Source: Azolla caroliniana (lineage: Eukaryota; Plantae; Polypodiophyta). Taken from it: a stretch of DNA of 64,000 nt. Within the stretch, counting starts at the first letter, position 1. The number at the start of each line of letters is the position of its first letter. This document shows, piece by piece, positions 27,101 through 40,113 of the stretch. A model generated the notes under the pieces. It was not told where the DNA came from. It worked only from the letters and a program-made list of their open reading frames with translations, and made no database searches. The DNA is taken from contig JBHGNT010000013.1 in assembly GCA_043228905.1 (NCBI GenBank), positions 248,001-312,000 on the forward strand, written 5' to 3'. Both the position numbers and the translations under genes were made by a program.

Positions 27101-27275
27101 TAGTGTTCCCAGGAGTACTCCTGAAGTTTCTAGAATGTTCTAGAGAAATCTAGAATATACATCAATTTTCTATAATAAAACATAAATTTTACATATTTCA
27201 ACGTATGGTCTAATGGTCAAGAGCTCGACCCATGTAGCATAAGGTCATGGGTTCGAGTCTTGCCATATTATGACA
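24102..27275 (-). mobile_element. Internally deleted chromovirus G2 (3.2 kb)
   Basis: LTRs at 24102-24527 and 26853-27275, TSD GCAAA/ACAAA. It keeps RNase H, integrase and the chromodomain (YYLVDWLGYSPNERTWEP). gag, protease and most of RT are missing. Confidence 0.88.
27206..27265 (+). promoter_or_regulatory. tRNA-like A/B-box module in the G2 LTR; also 24458-24511, and 58378-58431 on the minus strand
   Basis: TGGTCTAATGG ... AAGGTCATGGGTTCGAGTC. Confidence 0.7.
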
Positions 27276-28767
27276 ACAAAGGGCCTCAAGTTTGGGTTCA
27301 GATGGGCCCAAATGGTGGGTGTGCCCGATCTTGGAGTTCGATTGGGCAATCATAGGGGCGATGTGCCGGCAACTAGTCTCCATTTTGCTTTTCGAACATG
27401 TCCAAAAAATCGCTATATCTTGCGGGCAAATTAGTGATAGCAGTAGGGACGTCTTGTGACACAATAGGCATGGAAGTGACCTCGCTAGAATCGGCAACGT
27501 CGGAGACTGAGTTGAAATCAGAAGAATGTGCACCTAAGCTGAAAGCAGCCCCCACACAAGTAACAATGTTTGTAGAAAGGGCCCGCATTGGTGATTGTGG
27601 AAAAGTGATGGAGTGGCTAGACCCATCCACCATCGGATTGTGTGTTTCCAACCAGTAGAGCCCTAAAACAATCGGATGACGAGGGGTTGCAATGAGGTAG
27701 AATGTTAATACCTCCTGGTGGAACCTGACTTGAAATACCAATAGGACAGTGGCATTGGTAACCATCCCTAAAGAGAGAATCCGTTCGTCAATAGCTTCAA
27801 CAAATATGGGTTGTGTTGTGTGGACGGTTGGGATTTTATGTGCTTGGACGAACGCGATATCGATGAAACAAGTAGATGCACCAAAATCGAGCAAGGCATT
27901 GGGATTTTATTGAAATAGACCCAAAACAAAGACTTACATGCAAAGTAAAACCTCCTACTGGCATGATTGAATTGTAGGAGCACGAAGAACTAGGGCGACG
28001 CAAAGCATCCAACGGCATGGCTCCTACTACAGCCGGACTTGCTCGTTTTTCGGTTGTCCAAAAACCTCCGCACTACATGCATGATCATTTTCTTGTTGTC
28101 GAGAAACCTCTACAAGACGTGCACGATGGGATTGATGACGAGGGCCGCACATCAAGCAGTGGCGGATGACATGGCCGGGGGTACCACAATAGAGGCAGAG
28201 GCCATTGTCACGTCGATGTTGCCGTTGGGCATCGGTTAATGGTTGGAACCGAGCATGGTCGATCTCCATTGAGGTACGGGGATTGACCTCCATCGGGGTA
28301 TGAGCACTATTGGAAGATGGCAGACGTCGCGTGCTTGGCAAAACTGATATATATGGCCTTGTGAGTGGAGCATTACGGGAGGAAGATGGAAAACCTCGAG
28401 TCCCCTGTTCCTCTTGTCGAAGCTCAAAAAGACGATTATCACATTGAACAGCTTGGGAGATTACCTGGGACAATGATGTGGGCTCCGGAAAGTTTAAGAG
28501 AAAAGTCTTGATATCATTTCGGAGGCCTCGACGAAACTGGTCGCATAAAGCTGCTCATCCCAGCTGACATCGCACGCGATCTGACGAAACTCTAAAGCAT
28601 AAATGGAAGCTAGATGAGAGCCTTGTTTTAAGGAATAGAGTTTCTTGAGTGTCGTTCATCGCCGATCTGTCACTCTGAATGTGGCTTCAAGCTCCACAAG
28701 GAAGGTAGGAAAGTTTTCTAGGAGGGGTGATGAGGTCTCAATCAATGGTGCAAACTACGCTTGTGCT

Positions 28768-29649
28768 TGTCAGAACCAAGAGAGAAGGTAAAGTGATAGA
28801 AGAAAGATATAAAGAGATCACAAGAAGAGGAATGAAATGATAAGAGAAGAATGAATGTATTAAAGTAGAATAAGAATGGATACAAGATAGGCGATGACAA
28901 CTTAAGACTGGTGTTGATTCAAATTGGTTTTGAGAAGAATTCTATGTCCATATTTATAGGTTCCTATTTCTATAATGTTCTAGACCTAGAATATTCTAAG
29001 ATGTTCTAGGATGTTCTAGAACATTTACAATATCAGTCTCTCTTTTGGAACCTTACCACACCAGCTCGATTCCCAATCGTGTTGTGCAGCCACCGCCTCC
29101 TCTCCAACTTGCTGATGGCCTAGAGTATGAGGTAGCCTCCATTCTTGATTCAAAGATTGTGTGCAATAAGTTGTATTATCTAGTTGATTGGCTAGGCTAT
29201 ACTCCGAGCGATCACACATGGGAACCCGTTGATAATGTTTCTAATGCTCAAGCTCTTATTGACGACTTCCATCGTCACTATCCCAACAAACCTGGCCCTA
29301 CATTGTTAACAACTCCTTCCACTTGTCGTTTTAAGAGGAGGGATAGTGTCATGAATCTGTGAACATTATGTGGCTTCACTTGGGCTTGAACCCAAGACCT
29401 TATAATACATAATCAAGAACTTAACCATTAAGCTAATATATGATTATATAAAATCATAAAAGCTACTTCTTGTAATAGACTGATATTTACACATTCTAGA
29501 ACATTTACAATATCACTCTAGTACAAGAAGTAGCTTTTATTATTTTATATAATCATATGTTATCTTAATAGTTAGGTTCTTGATTATCTATTACAAGGTC
29601 TTGGGTTCATGCCCAAGTGAAGCCATATAATGTTCACGGATTCATGACA
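28768..29649 (-). mobile_element. Rearranged solo LTR of chromovirus G3, containing an inverted chromodomain-PPT-LTR piece
   Basis: TSD GTGCT/GTGCC inside G1 gag. Plus-strand chromodomain ORF 29045-29362. Inverted 128-bp arms at 29347-29474 and 29522-29649. Confidence 0.8.
29383..29435 (-). promoter_or_regulatory. tRNA-like A/B-box module in the G3 LTR
   Basis: TAGCTTAATGG ... AAGGTCTTGGGTTCAAGCC. Confidence 0.65.
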
Positions 29650-31500
29650 GTGCCGGCCCAGAGAGAAGGCTCCCAACAAGGTCGACCCGAGAGAAATCAC
29701 TAGCATAATGTTGGGGTTGTAAACGGATGATAAGCCGAATTTGATTGATGAAGCCACGAATATGCGCCCTCAAGCCGTTTAATTTGTCAGGTAGGTTGAG
29801 GTTAGGTTCGAGGACATATGAATGGGAAGAGGAAGGGGTTGGGTTAGATGTTGATGGAAGGTGAGGCTCAACGGGTGAAGGATTGTTGGTTGTGCTATTT
29901 TGAAGCTCTTGCAATCACTGACGAAGGCTTTCATTTTCTAATTGAAGTTGCTCCAAGGTTGCGATTACTTGGTTTAAGGCCGAGTCGGACACGGTAACAA
30001 GAAGGGAAGGTGAACAAACTGTCACGGACGTAGACAAGGGCAAGGACAAGTAGGCGAGCTCAATATTAAGAAAGAGAGAAAGATAGATATATAAATAGAG
30101 AGGAGCATAGACAAGAGAACAAGAGAGAGAGAGGGTAGACAAAAGAGCGAGAACTAAATTATGCTTCCGTAACTGGTGTTGTTCACGTTGATTGTAATCA
30201 AGGTGCACGGAAGTATTTATACAAGAATGTGGTGGTATGCATGTAAGCTACGAAACATCTAGAGAATGCATGGAAACTTCTAGAGAGTGCATGTCTATGC
30301 ATTCTCTAGAAGTTTCTTGAAAGTTCTAGTGATTAACTTACAATGTAATAAGTTGAAACTTATACAATACAATAATGGATAGATGGAATGTAGCTCAATT
30401 GGTAAGGTTGCCCAATAAGACCAAGAGGTCATGGGTTCAACCCCCTACATTCCATCGTACACGTACTTCAACTCCTTTGGTCGGTTTTGATCGACCAATC
30501 GGTTACTATTTGGCGTTAGCTACTATCATATCGTACTCCCCCTCAAGCTCGGCACTGTAGAGATTGTGAGACCAAGGTTTGATATGAATTGCTCAAGTTG
30601 GTCGACTCCTAAAGCCTTCGTAAAGATATCAGCAACCTGGAGGATATGCTTAGTCCGTGCGTGGAATACGGGGTTCCGCACAAGTTAGATATTGCTCATG
30701 TTGTCGCAGTAAAGAAGAATCAGATCCTTTATGAGTACACACCTAAATCCTTCAATATATGCTTAAGCCATATGGCTTCACATGCGGCGACCGCCGCGCC
30801 CTTGTATTCGACCTCCGTGCTCGACAATGCGACTATCTATTGCTTCTTTCTACTCCATGAGATTGCTCCGCTGCCGAGGGAGAAGACGAATCCTGATGTT
30901 GACCTCTATCTGCCCAGTCTGCATCTGTGTACCCTTCGAGTTGAAATGTCTTGTTTGACCTGTATCTGATCCCGTGATCCATCGTACCGCTTGCGTACCG
31001 AAGTACCCTCTTAGTGCAATCAAGATGAAGTTTTTGCGGATTCTACATGAATTGGCTAAGTAGGCCGACTAAATTACTGAGGTTGGGTCGCGTAATGGTT
31101 AGACAAATTAAATTGCCAATCAGTTGTCAATACTGAGTTGGCTCGCACTTGGTTGTGCCGGAATCGGCATCGATCTTGAGATTACGGTCAAGCGGGGTAG
31201 ACACAGGTTTGCACTCGGTCATCCCGAACTTGTAGAGTAAGTGGAGAACGTAGTGCCGTTGTGAGATCATTATCCTGACTGGTGTCCGAATTACTTCGAT
31301 TCCTAGGAAGTAATGGAGTTCGTGCAGGTCTTTCATTTTGAATCTGCCGGAGAGACGTGATTATACCTTGTTAATCTCGGCAAGATCCTTTCCTCCGATG
31401 GCCAAATCATCCATGTATAGGATGATGATAATAGGGTTGTTTGACTCCTTTCTTACCAATCCTACTGCCAAGGATCATCTTAGTCACCTCCAAGAAATTC

Positions 31501-32771
31501 ACTCTACCATTCTCAACAATTTGCACGATGCTCAAGTTACACACAAGAGGCTTGCCGATCGTCATCGTCTAGACTCCTCATAAAAGTTCCGCGTTGGGGA
31601 TCATGTATGGCTTCTCCAACACAACATCAAGACCACTCGACCTTGCAGTAAATTGGATTACCAACGTTTTGGCCCTTACATGATCACTGGTAAGATAAGT
31701 GATGTTGCATTTCGTCTTGACCTCCCTCCGCACATGCATCTTCATTCGGTGTTTCATGTATCCCTTTTGGAACCTTATACTACAAGTTCAATTTCGTATA
31801 TATATATATGTAGTCCTTCTCTAGGATCCAAAGCTCGCCACTCATGCCCACCCCATAAAGCCTCTTGCGCCCTCTCCTTGATCTGGATGACACTCTTAAC
31901 CCACACCGAATGACAATGCCCCTCGACGCTTCACCCTTCCTATGCTCTCGTCCGCCCCTACGAAAGCCAAGAGGCCCACGCGCACGGATCACTCTACCAT
32001 TCTCAACAATTTGCACGATGCTCAAGTTACACACAAGAGGCTTGCCGATCGTCATCGTCTAGACTCCTCATAAAAGTTCCGCGTTGGGGATCATGTATGG
32101 CTTCTCCAACACAACATCAAGACCACTCGACCTTGCAGTAAATTGGATTACCAACGTTTTGGCCCTTACATGATCACTGGTAAGATAAGTGATGTTGCAT
32201 TTCGTCTTGACCTCCCTCCGCACATGCATCTTCATTCGGTGTTTCATGTATCCCTTTTGGAACCTTATACTACAAGTTCAATTTCGTATATATATATATG
32301 TAGTCCTTCTCTAGGATCCAAAGCTCGCCACTCATGCCCACCCCATAAAGCCTCTTGCGCCCTCTCCTTGATCCGGATGACACTCTTAACCCACACCGAA
32401 TGACAATGCCCCTCGACGCTTCACCCTTCCTATGCTCTCGTCCGCCCCTACGAAAGCCAAGAGGCCCACGCGCACGGATCACTCTACCATTCTCAACAAT
32501 TTGCACGATGCTCAAGTTACACACAAGAGGCTTGCCGATCGTCATCGTCTAGACTCCTCATAAAAGTTCCGCGTTGGGGATCATGTATGGCTTCTCCAAC
32601 ACAACATCAAGACCACTCGACCTTGCAGTAAATTAGATTACCAACGTTTTGGCCCTTACATGATCACTGGTAAGATAAGTGATGTTGCATTTCGTCTTGA
32701 CCTCCCTCCGCACATGCATCTTCATTCGGTGTTTCATGTATCCCTTTTGGAACCTTATACTACAAGTTCAA
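31501..32771 (+). repeat. 490-bp tandem repeat (2 full units plus a partial third)
   Basis: ACTCTACCATTCTCAAC recurs at 31501, 31991 and 32481. Near-identical ORF translations repeat at a 490-bp offset. Confidence 0.95.
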
Positions 32772-33112
32772 TTCCGGGCCATCTTACGACACCACCCCCA
32801 CCTCTCGAGTTCTTGGATGGACCCGAATTTGAAGTTGCTTCCGTTCTCGATTCTAAAATCGTGCGCAACAAGCTATATTACTTAGTCGATTGGCTAAGCT
32901 ATACCCCCAATGATCAAACTTGAGAACCTGCTGCAAATCTTTTCAATGCTATGGAACTCGTCATTGCATTTCATCGCCAATATCCTTGTAAACCAGGTCC
33001 TAATACAAACCCTACGACCTGTGAGATGTGTCGTCGACGAAGGGGAATAGTGTCATGATAACACTCACATCATGCATCAAAAGGATCATGACACTCACAT
33101 TATGACTCGAAA

Positions 33113-33167
33113 GGATTTGAACCCACGACCTTGTTATACACATGTCAAATCCTTAACCATTATATTA
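33113..33167 (-). promoter_or_regulatory. tRNA-like A/B-box module in the G4 LTR
   Basis: TAATATAATGG ... AAGGTCGTGGGTTCAAATCC. Confidence 0.65.
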
Positions 33168-36100
33168 ATATTCTTATATGTATAGTTTTTAGAATATGAA
33201 ATCTAATATTATAGGAATATTCTATATTACTCTATATTCTAGAATGACCTAGAATATTTTAGAGTGTTCTATATCACTAGAACCTTCTAGAATACTCTAG
33301 AGATCTTCTAGATTACTCTACATTCTAGGATAACCTAGAATATTCTAGAGTGTTGTCTATTACTTATAAATAGGGATGTTCTACTCATCCCAAACCTAAA
33401 TTGGTTTAACGCCATTTTGTAGCCTACTCTTTGTAATCCATTTTACTCTTCAATATAATAATTCTCTTTCAAATATCTCTCTATCTCTCTTGCTCTCTCT
33501 CTCTCTCTCTCTTGACAGTTGCTACCATCATCATAAAGATGTAATGGTACGCCATATATAGTCATCGTAGCCGAATCGGCTTATGAGCTTCTTTTGACGG
33601 GTGGACTAGCATAGCTTCTCGTTCGTAGAGACTAGCGCTTTCTTTGCTCCATCTGTCCAGATGTCGAGGCCTTCGAACTCACTTTGAGGGAGTGAATCGA
33701 TTCGTTGCCATCGAAGTGATCTTCTTTGAACATGCACGTGAGTCTATCTTCGGCTTCTGCCTCTATTTCAGTGTATTCTAGGTCGAGCAAAGTCGGAGTT
33801 GAAGTTGTCTCTGGTGCGTACTAGGATGCGGACTCCTCAAAAATACCGTCTCGACTCACACGTACGTTCCGAGTAGAGGGGTTATAGCACTTATACCCCT
33901 TCTATTCTAGTGAGTACCCTATGAGGATACATTTCTCCGACTTCGGGTCGAGCTTTTGTCGCGTATCGTTGGGAATATGCACATAAGCGATTGAGCCGAA
34001 GATACGGATATGTGATAAGTCCATCTTCTTTCCGAAAAATTTATCCTGCGGAGTTACGTCGTGTACCCCCGGGGTCAAGCATCTGTTCATGAGATAAACG
34101 ACCGTGTTCACCGCTTCTACCCAATATGATTTGAACAAGTTCTTCTCGTTCATCATTTCTCATGCAACCTCTACTATGTGCCAATTCTTCCGCTCGACTA
34201 TGTCGTTTTGTTGAGGTGTGTGACGACATGAGAATTCTCGTCGGATTCCTTCCTCATCCGAGAAATATTTATTGCCTCCATCTGATCGAAGGCAGTGTAC
34301 GTGTCGACCAGTAGTTTTTTCGACTTCGGCTTTGAACTTTTGAAAGTGAATGAACACTTCACTTTTCTGCCTCATCGGGTAGATCCAGGTATGCCTCGAG
34401 AAGTCATCGATGAACATAACATAGTATCGGCAACCTCCGAATGTTGCCATCTAGGCTGGTCCCCACACATCTGAGTGTACATCCAGGATCCCTTTGATCA
34501 CATTCCACTCTTTCGGGAATGGATGTCGGCATTGCTTTCCGAACTGACACGCCTCACATACACCCATAATCTCCTTCGTGGTAAAGTTCGGGAGTTTGAT
34601 TATGACTCCTTTCACTTGCATGTTGTGGAGCTTCTGGAGATTGATGTGGTCAACTCTCTTGTGACACAAGTTTAAGCCAGTTTCATCTTTGAGGCCCTTT
34701 GCAAACATGGTTGACTTAACCTCGTTTGATTCGAGGATGAACATACAAGCTTCACAACGACCATGAGCAATGAGTTTGCCTTCCTTTTCGATGAAGCACC
34801 CTTCCTCATTGAATCGCACATGCATTCCTTTTTCGACAATCTGACCTACTGAGATCAGGTTCTTCGTGATTGTTGGGACATGCAAGACATTTTTCATATA
34901 GGTTTGTTTGCCGTCGTTCCCAAATGGGACGTTTCCGATATGCTAAATAGAGTGTGTCATGTCATCGCATGTTTCGACATAACCAGGTTGATCAGGCTTT
35001 CGTAAATCTCGGAACCAATCTTCATGTGACGTCATATGATTGGACGCTCCTGAGTCAACAAACCATACATTGTTTGAAGCAGAGGCACTAGTTGAAGCCT
35101 ATGCTGACATTGAATGTGGTTCATGCCTCATTACGAACATTCCGCCCCGATTGTCGAAGTCAAAATTTGAAGCATAGTTCGTAGTTTGTTGGTTGTTTAG
35201 GACAGAGTCTCGTTTCTTCTTTCGGCACTCCTCTTCATAGTGGCCGAGTTTTCCGTAATACCCGCATTCGATTTGACTGTTGCGATTGCTTGGTCCAGCA
35301 TGATGACTCCCCCTTCTGTCGTGCTCTCTGGGACCATTTCTATCCGATTGCCATTGGTGGGAGTTATGCTCTTGGTTGTGTCAGCCTTGGCCGAATCAAC
35401 CTCTTCTTCCGCGACCGTATCCTCTTCCTCCATCGAGATTCAAATTCAACATATGACCATCGTGCGAGTTGTTCCTTTGGCGAACATGACTCTCCTCTAG
35501 CAGCAATATTGGCCGGAGATCGAAAAAGGTGGGAGGATTCTCTCTCGCGAGGACGATGGACCTTATTGCGATGAATCGAGGTGTTAAGGCTCCGAGGCAT
35601 ATCTGCACCATTTCATCGTCGTCAATTCTAACATTGATCGACCTGAGAGCATCGCACAACTCCTTGATCTTCAAGGTGTAGTTGCCGATTGACATGTCCC
35701 TTTGTTGAATGTTGTTCAGCTCCTGATGAAGTTGAAGCTTACGGGCAACAATATTGGCCGTGAAGATCTTCTTGAGATTGCCGGGCAAGCTTCTTTCAGC
35801 TTTTTCACCTCTTGAATATAGCCGAGCATGTGATCATGTATGCATGATGCAAGGCAATACAACACACGGCTTGCGGCCTACACCCAAATGGGATAGTTGG
35901 CATGTGTTGGGTTGGGATGTGTTTCGTGAGCTCCTTCAATATAGCTCCAATATCCTTGTCCGACAAGGTACTGATGCATCTTGTACTCCCAAGATGCGAT
36001 GTTTGTCCTGTCGAGCTTCTCCGTAGGAAGAGCGCTTCCCATCTGAGTATTCATGATGATTTCTTCTCTGTTTCTTGAACTGCTTCTGTTGATCATCGGT

Positions 36101-36749
36101 ATATAGTACACCATAGTCAATTAGTCTTGATCAGAAAACCACACGCTCTGATACCATGTAAAGAAACAGACTCGTAGGTGGTGTTGTGCAACGGAAGATG
36201 AATGTGTGTGTAACAAGTAGAGAGAGAGAGAGAGAGAGAGCTCTTAGATCAAGAAAAACAATATATTACATCCAACTACTACTAAGTTACAAAAGGTTGG
36301 TTTAAGTACCAACTAAGCTAGGGCAAGTGCCCTTCCAACTATTTACAAAACTAGCCTCGTATGTCCATGAGCTAGTGTGAAACCTATCTCTAAGGGAAGT
36401 TGAGTTCGATTCTCAACATTTTCCTTATGGAAGCCATATCTCTTGAAAAACCCTAATTTTCCTTACAGAATGCATATCTCTCGAAAAACCCTAATTTTCC
36501 TTATGGTAGCCATATCTCTCGCAAAACCCTAATTTTCCTTTCGGAAGCCATATCTCTCGAAAAACCCTAATTTTTTTATATATTAATCTAAGTAAACCTA
36601 AAACTTCTGAATTCCAATCTTGGGATGGATTGTAATTTTCTTTTCTTTGTTAACAAAAATGACCAAACTTTCTCATTTCCATTAATTCATAAAGCGTAAA
36701 TGCATGAATCTGATATCCTTTGGTTGGAGGCCTCGGGTCCTACCGTTTC

Positions 36750-37230
36750 AACGGTGATGAAGTCCAAAAATTTCTAAAAGCCTACAACATTGAGATGGTT
36801 TTGAGAAGTGTGAACGAATCCATGAGGCTAGAGTACTTTTGTCAGGTGGTGGTTGAAATGATCTATGAAGAGATGAAAGAGCTTCAAGATGTTCACGATT
36901 CGTGGGGGTCCTTCCAAGAAACTTTACGGGAGGCATATAGATACAAAGAGCCGCAGAGATGCAACCTATACGAGTTCGACCAATGGGTGTCATTGATGAA
37001 GACCCACCGGAGTGCCATGGATGTGTTCATTGAGTTTGAGTTTCACTTTGCTCAACTCTCAGAGAGGGATCGAAAATTGAGGGGGGTGAATAAAGTTCTA
37101 TTGTTTGTAAATTCGATCGATTGAAATGAAAGGAAGGCCATTGGAATCCAACTCGACGATGATGATGGTGCAAATTGGCCTCACCGAGGATTGGGCCAAA
37201 GTGGAAAGAGTATGCCGACTACATGATAAG
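36750..37230 (+). pseudogene. Degenerate gag of the gag-only element
   Basis: RFNGDEVQKFL...FAQLSERDR...KVLLFVNSID...GLTEDWAKVERVC aligns by eye with RFDGKDATKYL...FARLSALDR...RVLLFVKSVD...GLTTDWAAVRKVC. Confidence 0.8.
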
Positions 37231-39336
37231 AGGAAGACGAGGTTCTCATCGACAACAACACAACCCATGAGGGATGGTGAAAGGAGGATGGGATGTGACT
37301 ACACACTACCACCGTAGGAAGAAAGCTCGGAGAGGGAAGGTTCGATAATACTCGACATAGAAGTATTTATGAGAAAGGGAAAAACCGAGGCAATTGAGGT
37401 TGAAGAGAAGCTTATAGTGGAGCCAAAACTGAGGCAAATGGTGATCAAGGAAGAAGAAGCCTCCCAACAAATTTGGAGTAATGATACGGTCAATACGAAG
37501 GCCTAGGTTCGGTACGATAGTACCATGGGAGAAAGTGTGGAACAAGCTACCTTCTCGACTTACGAAGGAACAACGATCAAGAGAAAGGCCGAAGACTCGA
37601 GAGCGGGAAATGTTGCTTTAAGAGTGAACGAGCATTTCAGAACACACATTGTGTCCGAAATATTGAGTGATGAAGGTGCAAGCATGAGCAAAGCTTGTGT
37701 GATCGAGGGAGATAAAGAGTGTGAGGCTGACATGATTGAAGTGGTAGCCATGAGGAACGACATCAAATCGGAGAAGGCTATGGACGAGTCCACGGCGGAT
37801 GGCCATGTCAAGACTTTCCCAACACTAGATCTAGAGACTTGGGCAATTACGTCCGAGAGCCAACATGAAACCCAAGAGACGGAGTGGTGGGGAAACAAAG
37901 ATTGAAGCCAATGCGAATAACAATGTTGAGGGAAAGATGGCTCTAGATGAGTGGACGGTGACTGATGGTGCCAAGGTTCTCCCCACAATTGTTCCTGAGA
38001 CTTCGACAATTGTGCCCGAGTGCCAACATGAGACCGAAGAGACGGAAGGTGGTGGCAAGGACCGAAACGGAAATGGGGACGATGAGGGGGATGACCACAA
38101 ACGAAAGGATCCCTCCACACCGGTTCCGGAGACTTCGGCAGTTGTGCCCAAGAGCCAACATAAAATCGGAGAGATGGAAGGTGGCAGCGAGGAAGCGAGG
38201 AAGCGAAGGTCGAAGCAAGGAAGCGAGGAAGTGAGGAAGCGAACGATGAAGAGGCAAGCATAATTGAGGCATGCTAAATCGAGAAGGTCAATGGGTACGA
38301 CGCCCATGAGTTTGAAGAGATGGCCACGGATAACGAATTACAGGTAGAGGTGGCTATGAACAACACAATGAAGGAGGACGGCAAGTGTACCGAGACTTCC
38401 TCCCCACTATTTCAAGAGACTTGGGCAATGGTAGATGGGAACATATTGGTCAGTGGAGAAAGGGCCATCACCTAAGAGACATCACTGAAGGTGGAGGCGA
38501 GGAAGCAAAGGTCAAAGCTAATGCATATGATGACGAGGTCAAACAAAGCACAATGGTGCACAATGAGGGCCAAACAAATGAAGTGAATTCAAAGGGCGTT
38601 TCTTGGGATTTGATCATAATATCTGACTCGAAAGAAGACACCATTACGAAGATCGAACCATTGAAGGTCAACTCTCACATGAGAGCATACCATGAGAAAA
38701 GTCAAAGTGGAAAACATGCAAGATGGTCGTCTAAGGGCCTAAATGTGAGCATGTACTTAAAGCATGGGCTACAAAGAGTACTCAAAGTTGATGTTTGGAT
38801 GAGGCCTAACAAAGACAAGCTTGGATTGACGGAAGAAGGAAGATTGAAGTGTCTTGTCCATGAATATGGTCGGAATGAAAGCGACACATGCATGTTGCAT
38901 GAAGGGTTATGCTTGGGGATGGCAGAAGAGGCCAAGATAACTGGTTGTGGCGATGCAAAGCGCAAACGAAGGATTTGGTGGTTTGAATGGTCTCCATGGT
39001 TGTGGTGGAAAGAATGGTCGTGGTGGCATTGGAAGAGATCTAAGTAGCCAATGAGCTAGTTCAAGGTTGTTGAGCGGCAAGCGCAACTGGAGCCGGATCG
39101 GCTGAATAAGCCTGAGCCGGTAAGCGAGAGGAATCGGTATGCCGGTGAGCAACCGAGCCGGTAAGCAGTAAGGACCGGTAAGTAAGAGGAGTCGATATGC
39201 CGGATCCAATCCGTAACCGGAAGCCTAGTATAGGTTAGACTACTAGGCAGTTATAGTCTCGTAGTTAGTGTTAGATGCTCGTGTGAGCATTGAAGTACAC
39301 CGTACTTCTAACAGTCCCGTGTGCACTTGTATAAAT

Positions 39337-40113
39337 TGTCGGAAACTCAACGCTCCTTATGCACAATGCTCGGCCACAGCTGAGCTTAGAATCATACACA
39401 GAAAACAGGAAATGAAAAAACACGACACAAAGGAGAGAAAAGGTGCACAGGATGTTTACGTGGAAAACCCAAACTAAGGGAAAAACCAGAGCAGCCCACA
39501 GGCTGCAAAATATCACTATGTTGGAATGTACAAACAGTGAGTTCACGGAGGCAACGACCTCGTGCTCATGATCTTCTCCACAAGCGGCGGTTACAACAGA
39601 GGCAGCGACCTCTTTCTCTCTCTCTCTCTCTGTACACTGTTACGTGCTCTCTCTTCTTCTTCTTGCACCAACAAGAAAAAAAAGACAACAACAATTGCTA
39701 TAAGTTTGCCCTAAGTCATATTTATACTAATATGACTTTTCGGCTATTTACAAATATAGCCTCGATGGACTCTCAGAAAACATATTTACGAATATGTCTC
39801 TTCATCCGGTTCTCACCGGGTCTGCACCATCCGGCTCTCCGTAGCCGGGTACTCCTCATCCGGATCTCACCGGGTCTGCACCATCCGGCTCTCCATAGCC
39901 GGGTACTCCTCATCCGGTTCTCACCGGGTCTGCGTCATCCGGCTCTCCGTAGCCGGGTACTCCTCATCTGGTTCTCACCGGGTTTGCGTCATCCAGCTCT
40001 CCATAGCCAGGTACTCCTCATCCGGTTTCGGCCGAGGCCTATCGGCCTCGGCCAAGTTTGTTCATCGGCATTGTTCTTCTCTCTTCCCATCCAGAGGGAC
40101 CAGTCTCCCAACA
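39337..40113 (-). mobile_element. Solo LTR (copia A/D-related) with a 54-bp tandem array
   Basis: TG...CA ends and TSD TAAAT at 39332-39336 and 40114-40118. Its reverse complement is homologous to the A/D LTRs. Confidence 0.9.

Larger units (their letters stand above)
20835..30461 (-). mobile_element. Tcn1-like chromovirus G1 (Ty3/gypsy), degenerate, with G2 and G3 nested inside
   Basis: LTRs at 20835-21291 and 30020-30461, perfect TSD CGTAC. gag ~28027-29990, protease LDFGA ~27890, RT YLDD ~23690, RNase H, integrase, GPF and a chromodomain remnant ~21330-21500. Confidence 0.9.
31446..33517 (+). mobile_element. 3' fragment of chromovirus G4 (GPY module, chromodomain, PPT, LTR 33051-33517)
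   Basis: DYQRFGPY and YYLVDWLSY motifs, PPT AGGGGAATAG, and TGTCATGA...TTGACA ends. Confidence 0.85.
20430..36418 (-). mobile_element. Ty1/copia element H, interrupted by chromoviruses G1 and G4
   Basis: LTRs at 20430-20711 and 36157-36418, TSD TTTTC on both sides, iMet PBS at 36145-36156. gag-integrase lies at ~33520-36050 and RT/RNase H at ~30540-31445. Confidence 0.9.

Noticed and set aside
36440-36570. Interstitial telomere
   Set aside because: These are isolated single telo-boxes within ~40-bp units, not (TTTAGGG)n.
38385-39047. 220-aa ORF with a Trp-rich end as a captured gene or env
   Set aside because: I recognised no domain and the context is degenerate. It cannot be supported without other copies.
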